Source: Mobula birostris
Lineage: Eukaryota
Direction: 5' to 3'
Assembly: GCF_030028105.1 (NCBI RefSeq)
Contig: NC_092374.1
Span: 8,980,998-9,044,997 of the forward strand
Length of the DNA: 64,000 nucleotides
The position numbers were made by a program, and so were the translations under genes. The notes under the pieces were generated by a model. It was not told the origin of the DNA, made no database searches, and worked only from the letters and a program-made list of their open reading frames with translations. Positions within the stretch are counted from its first letter, which is position 1. Each line of letters starts with the position of its first letter. Shown here in pieces: positions 52,465 to 64,000 of the stretch.

Positions 52465-55400
52465 ACCCAAATAATCTGATTTTATGAGAATCCAAATCTT
52501 TAGCCATTACAGAGAGTAGACATTGATGTTGAATTTACCTCCGAACCCGTACCCGAGAGTCATGGAGTCTTGTCTGTTATGGTACACAACTGACCATGCC
52601 AGTTTCTGGAGAGTAGACGCTCTGACTCTCCAGATTATGGCTAGCTTGCATGGCTCCTTTAAAGACTTAGGGCTGCCCTGCCAATTCGTGGCCAAGTATT
52701 GGCGCCAGGATTTTAATATTTAAAGAGAACCTGAACTGAGATTCAGTGCTCAATCATCATTTCAACTTTGGACTCTCATCTTGCATCTCGTTTCTAACCC
52801 TGTTCTTATCTCAGTCTCATATGATGTGTCGATTCTAGTCTCAGATATTCCAACACAAGGGTCCAAACCATCCTTGCCATGGTCTCTTGTCACAATCTCA
52901 CTGGGAAACTTACTCTTCACCCCATCAAGTTCATGCAAAAAAATGCACCCACTGACATTACATCTTCATTGATCTCAATTCATTTTCCTCACACTCCCCA
53001 CAATTCTCCCAGTTTCTATTTCTCACCTACACAAGGGCAGTTTAGAAAAGACAGTTAAATAACAACCCACTTCTTCTGGATTTGTGTGGAGGGTCTGAGT
53101 AGAGACACATCATTTCATCATGTTTATTCATTTCCATAGATGCTGCCTGACCTGCTGAGTTCCTCCAGCATTTTGTGAGTGTATGTCTACATCTGCTCCA
53201 CTGTGTGTAGCCATGTCTTACTGTCAGGTAATTCATTGGAGGGAGCTTCCAGGGAAGTGATGTAAATACGAGGTCTCTCTCTCACCTCAGCTTAGAGCTG
53301 TGAGAACCATGGCTCCAGTGAAGAGCTAGCATGGCACAGGCAAGGAGAACCTCCTTGGGTTCACAGCCTCCCTTGTTCTATTTCTCTGCACTTTTGATCT
53401 CTCGGAAAGTGACACTGCACAACACTGTCATAATTCAGCCCCCTTTCAACAGGGCAGAGACTCAGGGTGGGCACATAAATCACCCATGATGGAATGATGG
53501 AGCAGAGTCGATGGGCCAAATGGTCTAGTTCTGCTCCTGTGCCTTATAGTCTTAGCACAACACTGTCGAGGGGTATACTCCCTGCCACCCGACCACTCGT
53601 GTCGATTAATTTATTTGTTACATGTACATCAAAACATACAGTGAAATGTGTCATTTGCGCCAATGACTAACACAGTCGGAGGATGTGCTGGAAGCCGCTT
53701 GCACGTAAGGCGTCACTTTACAGTACCAGTGACACAGATTCAGTTCCCACTGCTGCCTGTAAGGAGTTTGTACTTTCTCCCTGTGACCACGTGGGTTTCC
53801 TCCCACAGTCCAAAGACCTGCTGGTTAGTGGGTTAGCTGGTCATTGTAAATTGCCCCATGATTAGGCTTGGATTAAATTGGCGGTTTGCTGGGTGCCATG
53901 GCTCGAAGGGCCTTTTTTCACGGTATCTCAACAAATAAATAAAAAGTAACGCCATGTCCCAGCGCCAACATGGCATGTTCATAACTCACTAACCCTAACT
54001 GGTATGGCTTTGGAGTGTGGAGGGAAACTGGAACACCCAGAGGAAACCCACAGTTTCAGGGTGTTTGAGAGACAGGGTGAATGTACAAGCTCCTGAGAGA
54101 AGGAGGCAGGAATTGAATTCTGAACACTCACACTGTGCAGCATTGTGCTAACCACTATGTCACCGTGCTGCCCTTTCAAATCTGCTCTGATGTCAGTCAG
54201 TTATACTGGGACGTGGTGAAGTGGCCAAACTGTATTGAGAGAGAAAGAGAGAACATTGGCAGGCCAGGTTCCTGTACAGATGGGAAGTGGAAAATGTTAT
54301 CTGCAGTCAGAATTCCAAAATCTTGTTGGTGTTGAAAAAAGCTTGTTCTGCTTGCAAGGATGAGAGCCAGATGGGAGATCAGTGGACAGGTGTGAAGGGA
54401 CAAGGGAGTCACGTGGGAAGTTCTCCATAACTTCCACCATCTCCAACAGGATCCAACCACCAAGCACAGCTTTCACTCCTTCCCACTTTCAGCCTTCCGC
54501 AGGATTGCTCCCTATGTGACTCCCTTGTCAATTCATCCCTCCCCACTGATCTCCCTCCTGGCACTTATCATTGCATTGAACTTGCATTGAACCCAGGGGT
54601 TCTCTCTTCACCACAGTGGCATCTTCCTCAATCAGTATTACTGTTCAGTCTGTTGTCCTTTTCTCCTTTCTGAACATCTTCCTTCCAGGAATATCGAGTG
54701 CCCAGCCCTACCATTACTGTGAAAGATGCTGGTAGTCATTGTTACATCTTGTTTTCACACAGCCATTTCTGCCTTTGACTCACCAGCCCCGCTCAAGAAC
54801 CTTCTGTCTACACTTGCTTCTCCAGTTACATCTGCCACTCCCAATTCTTTATTCATCTTCATTGTCTTTCTGTTGTCACCTGCCCAATTAGTTCAACCTT
54901 TCCCCCACCACATCAGTGACCCTCTCCCTGATACCCGCTCATCTTGCAAGGGTTTCTCCTGCCCCAAAACTGGTCCAACACCCTACAATTAGAGCAGTAA
55001 CATTTCAAGGAGCCCTCAAGTGTTCTAAAGATCTTTATGGTGGAGCAGATGAGACATAAACACAAATAATCTGATTTTATGAGAATGCAAATCTTTAAAC
55101 ATTCCAGAGAGTAGACACTGATGATAGATTTACCTCCGAACCCATACCCGAGAGTCATGGAGTCTTGTCTGTTATGGTACACAACTGACCATGCCAGTTT
55201 CTGGAGAGTAGACACTCTGACTCTCTGGATTATGGCTAGCTTGCATGGCCCCTTTAAAGACTCAGGGCTGCACTGCCAATTGGTGGCCATGTATTGACGC
55301 CAGGATTTTAATATTTAAAGAGAACCTGAACAGAGGGTCAGTGCTCAATCACTATTTCAACTTTGGATTCTCATCTTGCATCTCACTGAGAACCCTGTCC

Positions 55401-56150
55401 TTGTCTCAGCCTCATATCCTGTGTTGATTCTAGTCTCGGATACTCCAGCACAAGGGTCCAAACCATCCTTGGCATGGTCTCTCGTTACAATATTACTGGG
55501 AAACTTACTCTTCACCCCATCAAGTTCATGCGAAAAAATGCACCCACTGACATTACATCTTCATTGATCTCAATTCATTTTCCTCACATTCCCCACAATT
55601 CTCCCAGTTTCTATTTCTCACCAACACACGGGCGGTTTAGAAAAGTCAGTTAAATAACAACCCACTTCTTCTGGATTTTTGTGGAGGGTCTGAGTAGGAG
55701 AAGCATCATTTCATCATGTTTATTCATTTCCATAGATGCTGCCTGACCTGCTGAGTTCCTCCAGCATTTTATGAGTGTATGTCTACATCAGCTCCACTGT
55801 GTGTAGCCATGTCTTACTGTCAAGTAATTCATTGGAGGGAGCTTCCAGGGAAGTGATGTAAATACGAGGTCTCTCTCTCACCTCAGCTTAGAGCTGTGAG
55901 AACCATGGCTCCAGTGAAGAGCTAGCATGGCCCAGGCAAGGAGAACTTCCTTGGGTTCACAGCCTCCCTTGTTCTATTTCTCTGCGCTTTTGATCTGTTG
56001 CAGAGTGACACTGCACAACACTGTCATAATTCAGCCCCCTTTCAACAGGGCAGAGACTCAGGGTGGGCACATAAATCACCCATGATGGAATGATGGAGCA
56101 GAGTCGATGGGCCAAATGGTCTAGTTCTGCTCCTGTGCCTTATAGTCTTA
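52465..56150 (+). repeat. Local direct duplication: ~52465-53554 and ~55060-56150
   Basis: Collinear, roughly 90% identical ~1.1-kb units about 2.6 kb apart. Confidence 0.92.
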
Positions 56151-56215
56151 GGACATGGGTCCTCTAGTGTCTGTGGCCTCAGCTCAGCATTAATACCACA
56201 CCTCTGTCTTCACAG

Positions 56216-56596
56216 CCACTGATAATAATGGATGGACCATGGAAATTCCGGACAAGGTGACAGGGAGAGAAGGGAAGTCCTTGTTTCTGTTTTGCTTTTT
56301 CGCTCCCCCTTTCAATGAATACAAGGGGAACATCAGCATCATCTGGAAGAATGCGAAGGGAAACGTGACATTTTTACATTACACCAATTATCCATCAGCA
56401 CATGGGTTTGAAAATCACATTTGGAACAACAAAGACAGTCGCTACCAAATTCTGGGGAACCCACGGAAGAACGATGCTTCAATAGTCATCAAACAACTGA
56501 GGAGCAACGAGAATGGAAAGGGATTCTGTTGTCAAATTGATTTCACAGAAGAATCAACAGGAAAATGTGAAGAAGGTATTCGAACCAAAATAACAG
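56216..56596 (+). CDS. Ig V-set exon 1, Siglec-15-like
   Basis: Acceptor ctctgtcttcacag, donor G/gtgagg, 381 nt, phase 1-1. Reads GWTMEIPDKV...LFC...ISIIWK...YQILGNPRKNDASIVI...FCCQIDF. Confidence 0.88.
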
Positions 56597-59496
56597 GTGA
56601 GGAGCAGAATCATTGCATCTGAATTCTGTTGAAGTAAAGAGATCACTGACCTCCCCCATCACTCAGTGTATTCTCCACCACTCCTGAGATCTGGGTGTCA
56701 TGAGCAGGGCTGGCAGTTGTTGTCCATTCCTGTGTCTGCTCGGGTACATCAGAGGACAATAGCATGTTGGAATGCACTCACATCTGCAAAAGAGAATTTC
56801 AGAAAGAAATTGGGAGGGAGTAAAAATGGGATTTGAAATGTTGGCAGTCAGTATAAAGGACATTCCATAATGATTGACAGGTTTATTGGAAGTAAGAGAA
56901 TGGCTAAGAAATGAGAAGATTCCTTCAGGGACGTAAAGGGAAACCTGTCAGAGATGAGTTGGGTTCCATGTAAATGAAGACTTCTTATTGGTTTCCACCA
57001 GAGGGAATGACATGGAGGGTGGAGAGTTAGGGGAAGAGTACACTGAGCCTTTGGAACATGTCTCTATAAGGAAGGAGGAGATTTCACTTATATATTTTAT
57101 TTAGCGATAAGGCTCAGAACAGGCCTTTCCTGCCCAAGGAGCCACACCATCCAGCAACACACCTATTTAACACTAGCCTCATCACAGGACAATTTACAGT
57201 GACCAACTAGTGTATGAAGCAGTCTGTCTTTGGACTGTGGGAGGAAACAGGAGCCCTGAGGGAAACCCACGTGGTTCGCGGGGAGAATGTACACACCCCT
57301 TACCAATGGAGCTGGAATTGAGCTCTGAACTCTGGAACACCCCAAGCTGTAATAGCATCACGCTAACTGCTAGACCTCTATGGTGTTGGCACACATTAAC
57401 GTGAACAAATCCCCAGGGCCTGATGGGATTTTCTCAGGATGCTATGAAAAGCAAGGGAGAAGACTGAGGCTCCACATTCGTTCCTACATCTTCATGAGAA
57501 ACACCTGCAGTCCCAAACGGCAGTCGAATAGATAATGCTCTTTCTTTAAACTACACACCACTCAGCCTTACATCAGTAGTCTTGAACTGATGGGAAAAAG
57601 TTCTGAGAGACAGCATAAATGTTCACCTGGAAAGGCACGGACTGATAGACACAAGTCAACATGCTTTAGTTCAGTGGAAATGATTTGTTACAAATCCGAG
57701 TAATTTGAGCTAAGAAGGCCGATGATGGCAGGGCAGTAAACATGTTTTACATGGACTTGAGCAAAGGTCTAGAACAAGTTACAAACGCTAGTCTAGTACA
57801 GAAAGTTAGGGCAGATGGCTTCCAAAGTGTTTTTTTAAATATTTTCTCTTCAGTGATAAGCATGGTAACAGGTCCTTCTGGCTGAATAAGTCTGTTCCAC
57901 TCAGTTACACCCATGTGGCTAATTAACCTGCTAACCTGTACGTCTATGGACGGTGACTGTGGGAGGAAACTGATACCTTGGTGGAAACTCACACAGTCAT
58001 GGGGAAAACATACAAACTCCTCACAGATAGCAATGAAATTGAACCCTGGTCCCTGGCACTAATAGCATTACGCTCACCGCTACGCTCTTGTGTTTGGCAA
58101 ACTGGATCCAAACTTCACTTGTTCGGAGACAGAGTGTAGTGGCTGAGCAAAGTTTTTTGACTGCAAGTCTGTAACCAATGGTGTATCTCAGGGACCAGTG
58201 CCTGGACCACTGTTGTTTGTCATACATATTTTATATGTGATTAACTTGGATGAGAATGCAGAAGGATTGTTCAAGAAATTTACTGATCATACTAAACTAG
58301 AGGAGCAGTATGTTGTGAGGAATGTCTTGAAAGGGACATAGTTAAGTTGGAAAAATTGGCAGAGCAGTGATAGAAGAACTTAATAACTGTTAGGTAATGC
58401 ATTCTGCCCCTCGTTCTTCTCTGTCTTCCATGGTCCACTCTCCTCTCCTCGCAGATTCCTTCTTCAGCCCTTTACCTTTTCCACTTATCACCTCACTTCA
58501 TCCTCCTCCCCACTTCCACCTGGTCTCCTCTATCATCTGCTGACTTTACTCCTTCGCAGACCTGCCTTCTTATTCTGGATTCTACCCCCTTCCGTTCCAG
58601 TACTGCTGAAGGATCTTGTCCCAAAACATTGACCGTTTATCTTTTTCAATATGATGCAGCCTGACCTGCTAAGTTCCCTAGGATTTTGTGTGTGCTATTC
58701 CAGCATCGAATACAATAAAACTGTATTGTTGTTGCTCAAAGTCAACGAGATTGTGGTGCTGCTCCAGTCCGTGCAAAACACATATTTACAATGTATACAG
58801 TATGACTGATTTTTTCAAACATCCCGTACTAGTGATTTCCTTCGTCCACAATGCTCAAAGTCCATTGGCAAGTCAGGGTGAAGCATTTGTCACGTGAACA
58901 ATGGCCCTCTTCACTCACTCTCTCCCCTCCCTGGCAGAACAAGGAGTTTCTTTGCCTCTAATGCCCCTCCTCTTTCCCTTTGGAGCAAGGAGTGTATTTG
59001 CTCCCTATTTTTCCATCCTGGAGAGGATTGGATAAGACAGAGGGAATATGTCTGAAAGGGTGAGAAGGTTTTTGATGAGATCTCTGGTTGGTGAATGAAG
59101 GGAGAAAGCTGGAGGGAGAGCACAAAAAGTGGTAGATATTTGAGCTGCAAGATGCCAACCAGAGCTCCAGAGTTACCCAGTAGATCAGGCAGAGGCCGTG
59201 TAGAGTACAACTGAACCAATAGAGCAGGAGTGGCCCATCCTGATACAAACCGAGAGAACTAGTTTGCTGAGACAGTTGTATTCACGAACACTCCATCTTG
59301 TGCACACATGGCTGAGGTGCTGTTTCCCAAGATTATAATGGGCTTCGTTAGAACAGTGCACGAGCTCAGGGACAGATGAGTCAGAGTAGGAAGTAGATGA
59401 AGAATTAAACTCATTAGCAGGGATGAAATATTGTTCAATAAAATGTGGCGAATGCAATAAACTAATCCAGATTGTCCTTACATAAAGATGTCCAAG

Positions 59497-59850
59497 GTGC
59501 CAGATTATCACCAGTGACTGTAAAGGTGGGAGATTCTGCAACACTTCCCTGCAACTTCACACCTCCTGACAAGAAACCCAGTTCCATCGGTATCATCTGG
59601 ATGAAGGGGAATCTTCCAAATGTATCCATTGTCTTCAATCAGACTCGTTACCGCTCTGCCAACCGACCCTACGCCAACACTGTAAATGAGGGAGATCGAT
59701 ATGAGCTGGTGGGAAACCCAGAGCAGGGAAATGCCTCCATCAAGGTGACGGACCTCAGACTGAACGACAACAGCAAATATTTCTGTCATGTTTGGTTCAA
59801 GAATGCCAAAACAACAGTGATTCAGGATGAGACAAGCCTGCAGGTTGAGG
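59497..59850 (+). CDS. Ig V-set exon 2, Siglec-15-like; 5' boundary uncertain (59471, 59497 or 59515)
   Basis: VTVKVGDSATLPCNF...IIWMK...YELVGNPEQGNASIKVTDLRLNDNSKYFCHVWF; strong phase-1 donor G/gtgagt. Confidence 0.85.
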
Positions 59851-61248
59851 GTGAGTAAACATCTATCTCAGCATTCTGGGAACGATATAAACACATTGAA
59901 CTTTTGTCAGAAGAAATGAGCTTGCAGTGAGGAGCTGGGGCCGAGACTGGCTCAATCCCCTTGGGCTCCATTCCTAGTCCTGGGCTCCCCAACCCCCTCA
60001 CTCAGTACCGCCCCCAGTGGACAGAGACAGTGGATTCCAATCCAGGATAGGTGGAGCTTCCTGCCACAGGTTTAGAGGTTCAGACACTCATTTGGCTGCT
60101 GAATGACCAGACTGGCCTGAGCTATTTACATCTGTGTCTGGTATTAAAGACCCAGAAGCTTCTACAGACAATCACCAATCAGTTTCCACACTTAGAATTT
60201 GTCGTCATTCTCCTGATGGGTCTCTCCCATTCTTCACCTTTCCCAGAGCTGAGGGACTTTGTTCCCATGTACTCGAGAATAACGCTCCCCAAGTCACAGC
60301 CACAACCCTGGAGTTGTCCCTTGTAACTGATATTGTAATTGGAGGGATCTCCCTCTGCTCTGTCAAGGGTTTCCTGCTGTCCAATCGGCGTTTCAGTTCC
60401 CTATTCTGCCACTGAGATTACTGGCGCGGTGTTGCAAGGTCCACAGCCGACCTGGGTAACATTCATCCACCTTCAGCATGAACGGTCACCGTGGGAACCA
60501 TTACAATCAGGATCCAGTCTGCTTGCTGATGGAATATCTCACTCCAGTTTAGCTTACCACAGTAGTGTAGTGGTTTGCGTGATGCTATTACAGATTGGTG
60601 TGTCGGAGTTCAGAGTTCATGTCCAGTGTCCTCCGTAAGAGGTCTGTACGTCCTCCCTGTAGAATGCAAAGGTTTCCTCCAGGTGCCCTGGTTTTCTCCC
60701 TCGGGCCAAGATGTACTAATTAGTAGGTTAATTGTCCTGTGATTATGTTTGTGGTAAATTGGGGTTGTCAGGGTTTGCTGGGCGGTATGGCTGGAAGGGT
60801 GGAATGGCCTATTCCACACTGTATCTCTAAAATTACGTCTCTACCAAAGGGGGTGTAAGGAGCTCCGACCCTCTGCTCACCTGCAAATCACCCTCAGGCA
60901 AGGTGTAGAAGCCGGTTAGTCACCCTAACACCCCCACCCCCCAAATCTGGAGCAGGTGGTGGATGGTCGTACGAGCAGCTGGTGCAGATCACAAACCCTG
61001 GCTATTCAAACAATGACACCAAGCAGACAATCTCTGAAGAGTATTGATAATATCAGGGGTCACCCATCTTGTAAAGACACTTCCCAGAAGAAGGCACCTA
61101 GGCAGAAAACTTTGTGAAGACCAATCATGATCATGATACCATGATCACCCAGGTCCTGCGACACGTCACATAATGAAGTTGATGTTTTCTAAAATAAAAA
61201 TTGTCAAAATTTCAATGAATTTAATTTGATTTTCTTTCCTCCCCCAAG

Positions 61249-61608
61249 TCCCGGCCACCATCCTGAGTCTAACTCTTGTGACTGATGATACTGGAGCCAC
61301 TCTCGTGTGCAAGGCTGAAGGGAACCCCCCTGCAAACATCACGTGGATTGACCTTGAGAACAGCACACTGCCCATGAGCAGCAGCGAGATGAGAATCACC
61401 GGAGATCTGGAGAGTGTGGGAAAGCTGGTGCTGCCCAGGCCGAGAGGGAGCTACCGCTGTGTGGCTGCGAATCAGCACGGAAATGACACCCGCGAGATCC
61501 ACCTAGCCAAGAAGGGAACAAGTGCTTGGGTGCTGGCTCGCTACATTGTAGTGTCCACTTTGACACTCGTTCATCTGGTTGTTTTTGTTGTCTGGTTTTT
61601 GAAGAAAG
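61249..61608 (+). CDS. Ig C2-set plus transmembrane exon, paralog B
   Basis: Acceptor ttttctttcctcccccaag, donor G/gtgagc, 360 nt, phase 1-1. TM WVLARYIVVSTLTLVHLVVFVVWFLKK. Confidence 0.88.
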
Positions 61609-62219
61609 GTGAGCTGTCCAGTGATTGGTCCATTCTTCCAGGGTCTGGGACATTTCACAGAGGGGGATAGACACAGAGGCCATTCAGTCCCATAACCCAG
61701 TTCCACCATAATTGTATGATGGCCCATATCTACTTAACCTTCTGTCAGCCCCCTTTGTTCTGGGCACAAACGCATCGGCTCATTGAAATATACATTCATC
61801 GCAATTTATAAATTCTCCCATTAGATGTGGAGAAAGTCCATCTCCAAAGAAAAGAAACAAAATTTATAAGCATGTCCACTTACCTGACTGGGAGGAAGAG
61901 CTTCTTGCCCTACTTCTGGATGGACCGGGTCTGGTCTATACTAAGTCCCTTTTGATCTGAAATCTGTGTCACAAATTGAACTGTCACACTTTCTCTCTCT
62001 CAGAATTTCTCTCATTCATGCTCTGTCTCTTTTGCTCTCTCTCAGATACATTCTCTCTCTCATTTTCACTCACTCTCACTCTTCCTCGTGCTCTCACTTT
62101 CTTGCAGTCTCTCTCTCTCTTTCTCACACACTATCTCTCTGTCTCTTGCTCTCTCTCTCGGGAATGCTTTCTCATGCGTGTATTCTCTGCTACATGCACC
62201 ACATTCTCTCTCCCTTCAG

Positions 62220-62299
62220 CCCTTTACTTCCGCCGCCCTTTCGTCCAACTGGCTACGCGCTCCCCAAAGGTCCTTTTATCAATATTGAAACAAGTTTGA
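62220..62299 (+). CDS. Candidate short cytoplasmic-tail exon (ALYFRRPFVQLATRSPKVLLSILKQV*)
   Basis: Long CT-rich tract ending cttcag; phase-1 compatible. Paralog A has a homologous segment at 25805-25876 whose acceptor would lie in the gap and which differs by indels. Confidence 0.3.
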
Positions 62300-62309
62300 T
62301 GCATGCGAG

Positions 62310-63960
62310 GCAGCACACAATGCTCTGGAGGAAGTATGCAGGCCAGGCAGCATCTACAGACGGGAATAAACAGTCAATATTTCGGTCTGAGATCCTTCCT
62401 CAGGACTGCAAAGGAAAGGGAAAGGCGGTCCGAATAAGAAAGTTGGGGGAGCGGAGGAAGAAATCAGGTGATAGGTGAAACCAGGAGAGGGGGAAGGGAG
62501 CGGCATGGGGTGAAGCAAAGAGCTGGGAGAGGGTTAGAAAACCATGGAAGAAAGGAAAGGAGGAGGAGCAGCGGATGGAGATGATTGGCAAATAAGAAGA
62601 GAAGGTGTGGGAGGGAAAGAAAAATGGGGAATGGTGAACAAAAGGTGGGGAAAACAATTGCCGAAAGTTCGTGAAATTGATATTCATGTCATCAGGTTGG
62701 AGGCTATCCAGACAGAATATAATGTGTTTCTCCTCCAAACTGAGTGTGGCCTCATTGTAGTAGTAGAGGAGGCCATGGACTGACATGTTGAAATGTTAAT
62801 AGGAAGTAGAATTGAAATGGGTGGCTCCCGGGATATCCTCACTTTTCTGGCAGACAGAGTGTAGGAATTTGGCGAAATTGTCTCCTAATCTATATCGGGT
62901 CTCAGTAATATACAGGAGGCCACACCAGGAACAGTAGATGACACCAACTGACTCACGGATGAAGTGCTTCTTAACCTGGAAGATTGTGATTGAGGAGATC
63001 TAGGGGCAAACATGCCACTTGTTCTACTTCCAAGGAGAGGTGTCGGTGGGGAGATTGGTCAGGAGAGGTGAGTGGACAAGAGAGTTGTGTAGGGACCGAT
63101 CTCTGCGGCAAGTGTTTGCGAGAGAAAGATGTGCTTGGTGGTGTGATCCTGTTGGAGATAGTGGAGTTACAGAGAATTATATGCTGGATGCGAAGGCTTG
63201 TGGGGTGATAACTGAGGACAAGTGGAACACTATCCCTGGTGTGGCAATGGGAGGATGAGGTGAGGGCAGATGTGCACGAAATGCAAGAGATACAGGAGAG
63301 GGCAGCATTGAAGGTGGAGGAAGGGAAGCCCCGTTCTTTGAAGTAGGACATCTCAGTTCTTTCTAGAAGGTAAAGCTTCATCCTGCGATGCAGTGGATAC
63401 AGAGATCTGAGAAAAGGGAATGGCATTTTTACAAGAGATTGTTTGTGAAGAGGTATAGTCAAGACAGCTGTAAGAAACAATCAGTTTATAAAAGGTATCA
63501 GCAGATAGATTGTCTCCAGAGATAGAGAGATTGAGAAAGGGGAAAAAGGTGTCAGAAATAGACCAAGTGAGTTTGAGGGCAGGGTGGAAGTTGGAGCAAA
63601 ATTCATTAAATTGATGAGTTTAGCATCAGTGCAGGAGGCAGCTCCAATATTATCGTCAATGTAGTATTGGAAGAATTGGAGAGCAGTGCCGGTGTAGGCT
63701 TGGAAAATGAACTGTTCCACGTTGCCAATAAAAAGTCAGGTATAGCTGGGACCCATGCAAGTGCTGTGGTTATACCTTGGGTTTGAAAGAAGTGGAGGAG
63801 ATGAAGGAGAAATTGTTGAAGGCGAGGACCAGCACTGCCAGATGAAGGAGAGTGGCGGTGGAGAGGCACTAGTTGGGTCTGTTGTCCAGAAAGAAATGGA
63901 GAGCTTTAAAGTTTTCCTGATGGGAGATAGAAGTATATAGGGACTGGACATGCATACTGA
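62310..63960 (-). mobile_element. Old degraded Penelope-like element, probably the same insertion as 22140-25790
   Basis: RT/GIY-YIG remnants, hammerhead relic at 62371-62408, same junction position relative to the C2-TM exon as in paralog A. Confidence 0.82.
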
Positions 63961-64000
63961 ATAAATACATGTGTTCTTTTATAGATATGGAAACATTTGA

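Noticed and set aside
52523-52723. Faint Ig-like words (LLWY, ASL, DSG..C) in the duplicated unit
   Set aside because: Spacing is incompatible with an Ig fold, and the second copy has a stop.
55150-55262. - strand reading GAMQASHNPESQSVYSPETGMVSCVP* in both duplicated units
   Set aside because: There is no YxxL/I/V motif, no associated TM exon on that strand, and conservation is explained by recent duplication.
55927-56062. ATG-initiated MAQARRTSLGSQPPLFYFSALLICC as the leader of V1
   Set aside because: The donor is weak and there is an upstream short ORF. The 46160-46208 exon is a much more canonical leader with a gtaagt donor.
61966-62478. Long Leu/Ser-rich ORFs that look like TM proteins
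   Set aside because: They are translations of a CT-rich simple repeat running into a Penelope end. Only 62220-62299 is kept as a tentative exon.

Overview
Vertebrate genomic DNA, most likely a cartilaginous fish (ray/skate-type). That assignment is inferred from the repeat complement: HE1/V-SINEs, Penelope, CR1, Rex1-like and fish-type L1. Most of the window is transposable elements: a frameshifted Gypsy provirus (1-7706), several CR1, L1, Penelope and Rex1-like LINEs, and a 17-kb L1 carrying seven nested insertions. Between the repeats lies an immunoglobulin-superfamily receptor cluster. On the + strand a spliced gene can be assembled: leader 46160-46208, V-set 56216-56596, second V-set ~59471/59497-59850, C2+TM 61249-61608, and a possible tail 62220-62299. 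Its domains resemble Siglec-15, but it has two V domains and both lack the sialic-acid-binding Arg. An inverted paralogous C2+TM exon (26492-26851, - strand) is ~99% identical over the C2 domain yet ~87% over the TM. That is the pattern of gene conversion seen in paired immune receptors. Also present are a decayed B7/butyrophilin-type V domain (~49690-50080, -), an orphan YxxL-bearing candidate tail exon (12316-12469), further local duplications, and Penelope hammerhead-ribozyme motifs. All identities are hand counts, and protein comparisons are from memory of the families, not database searches.
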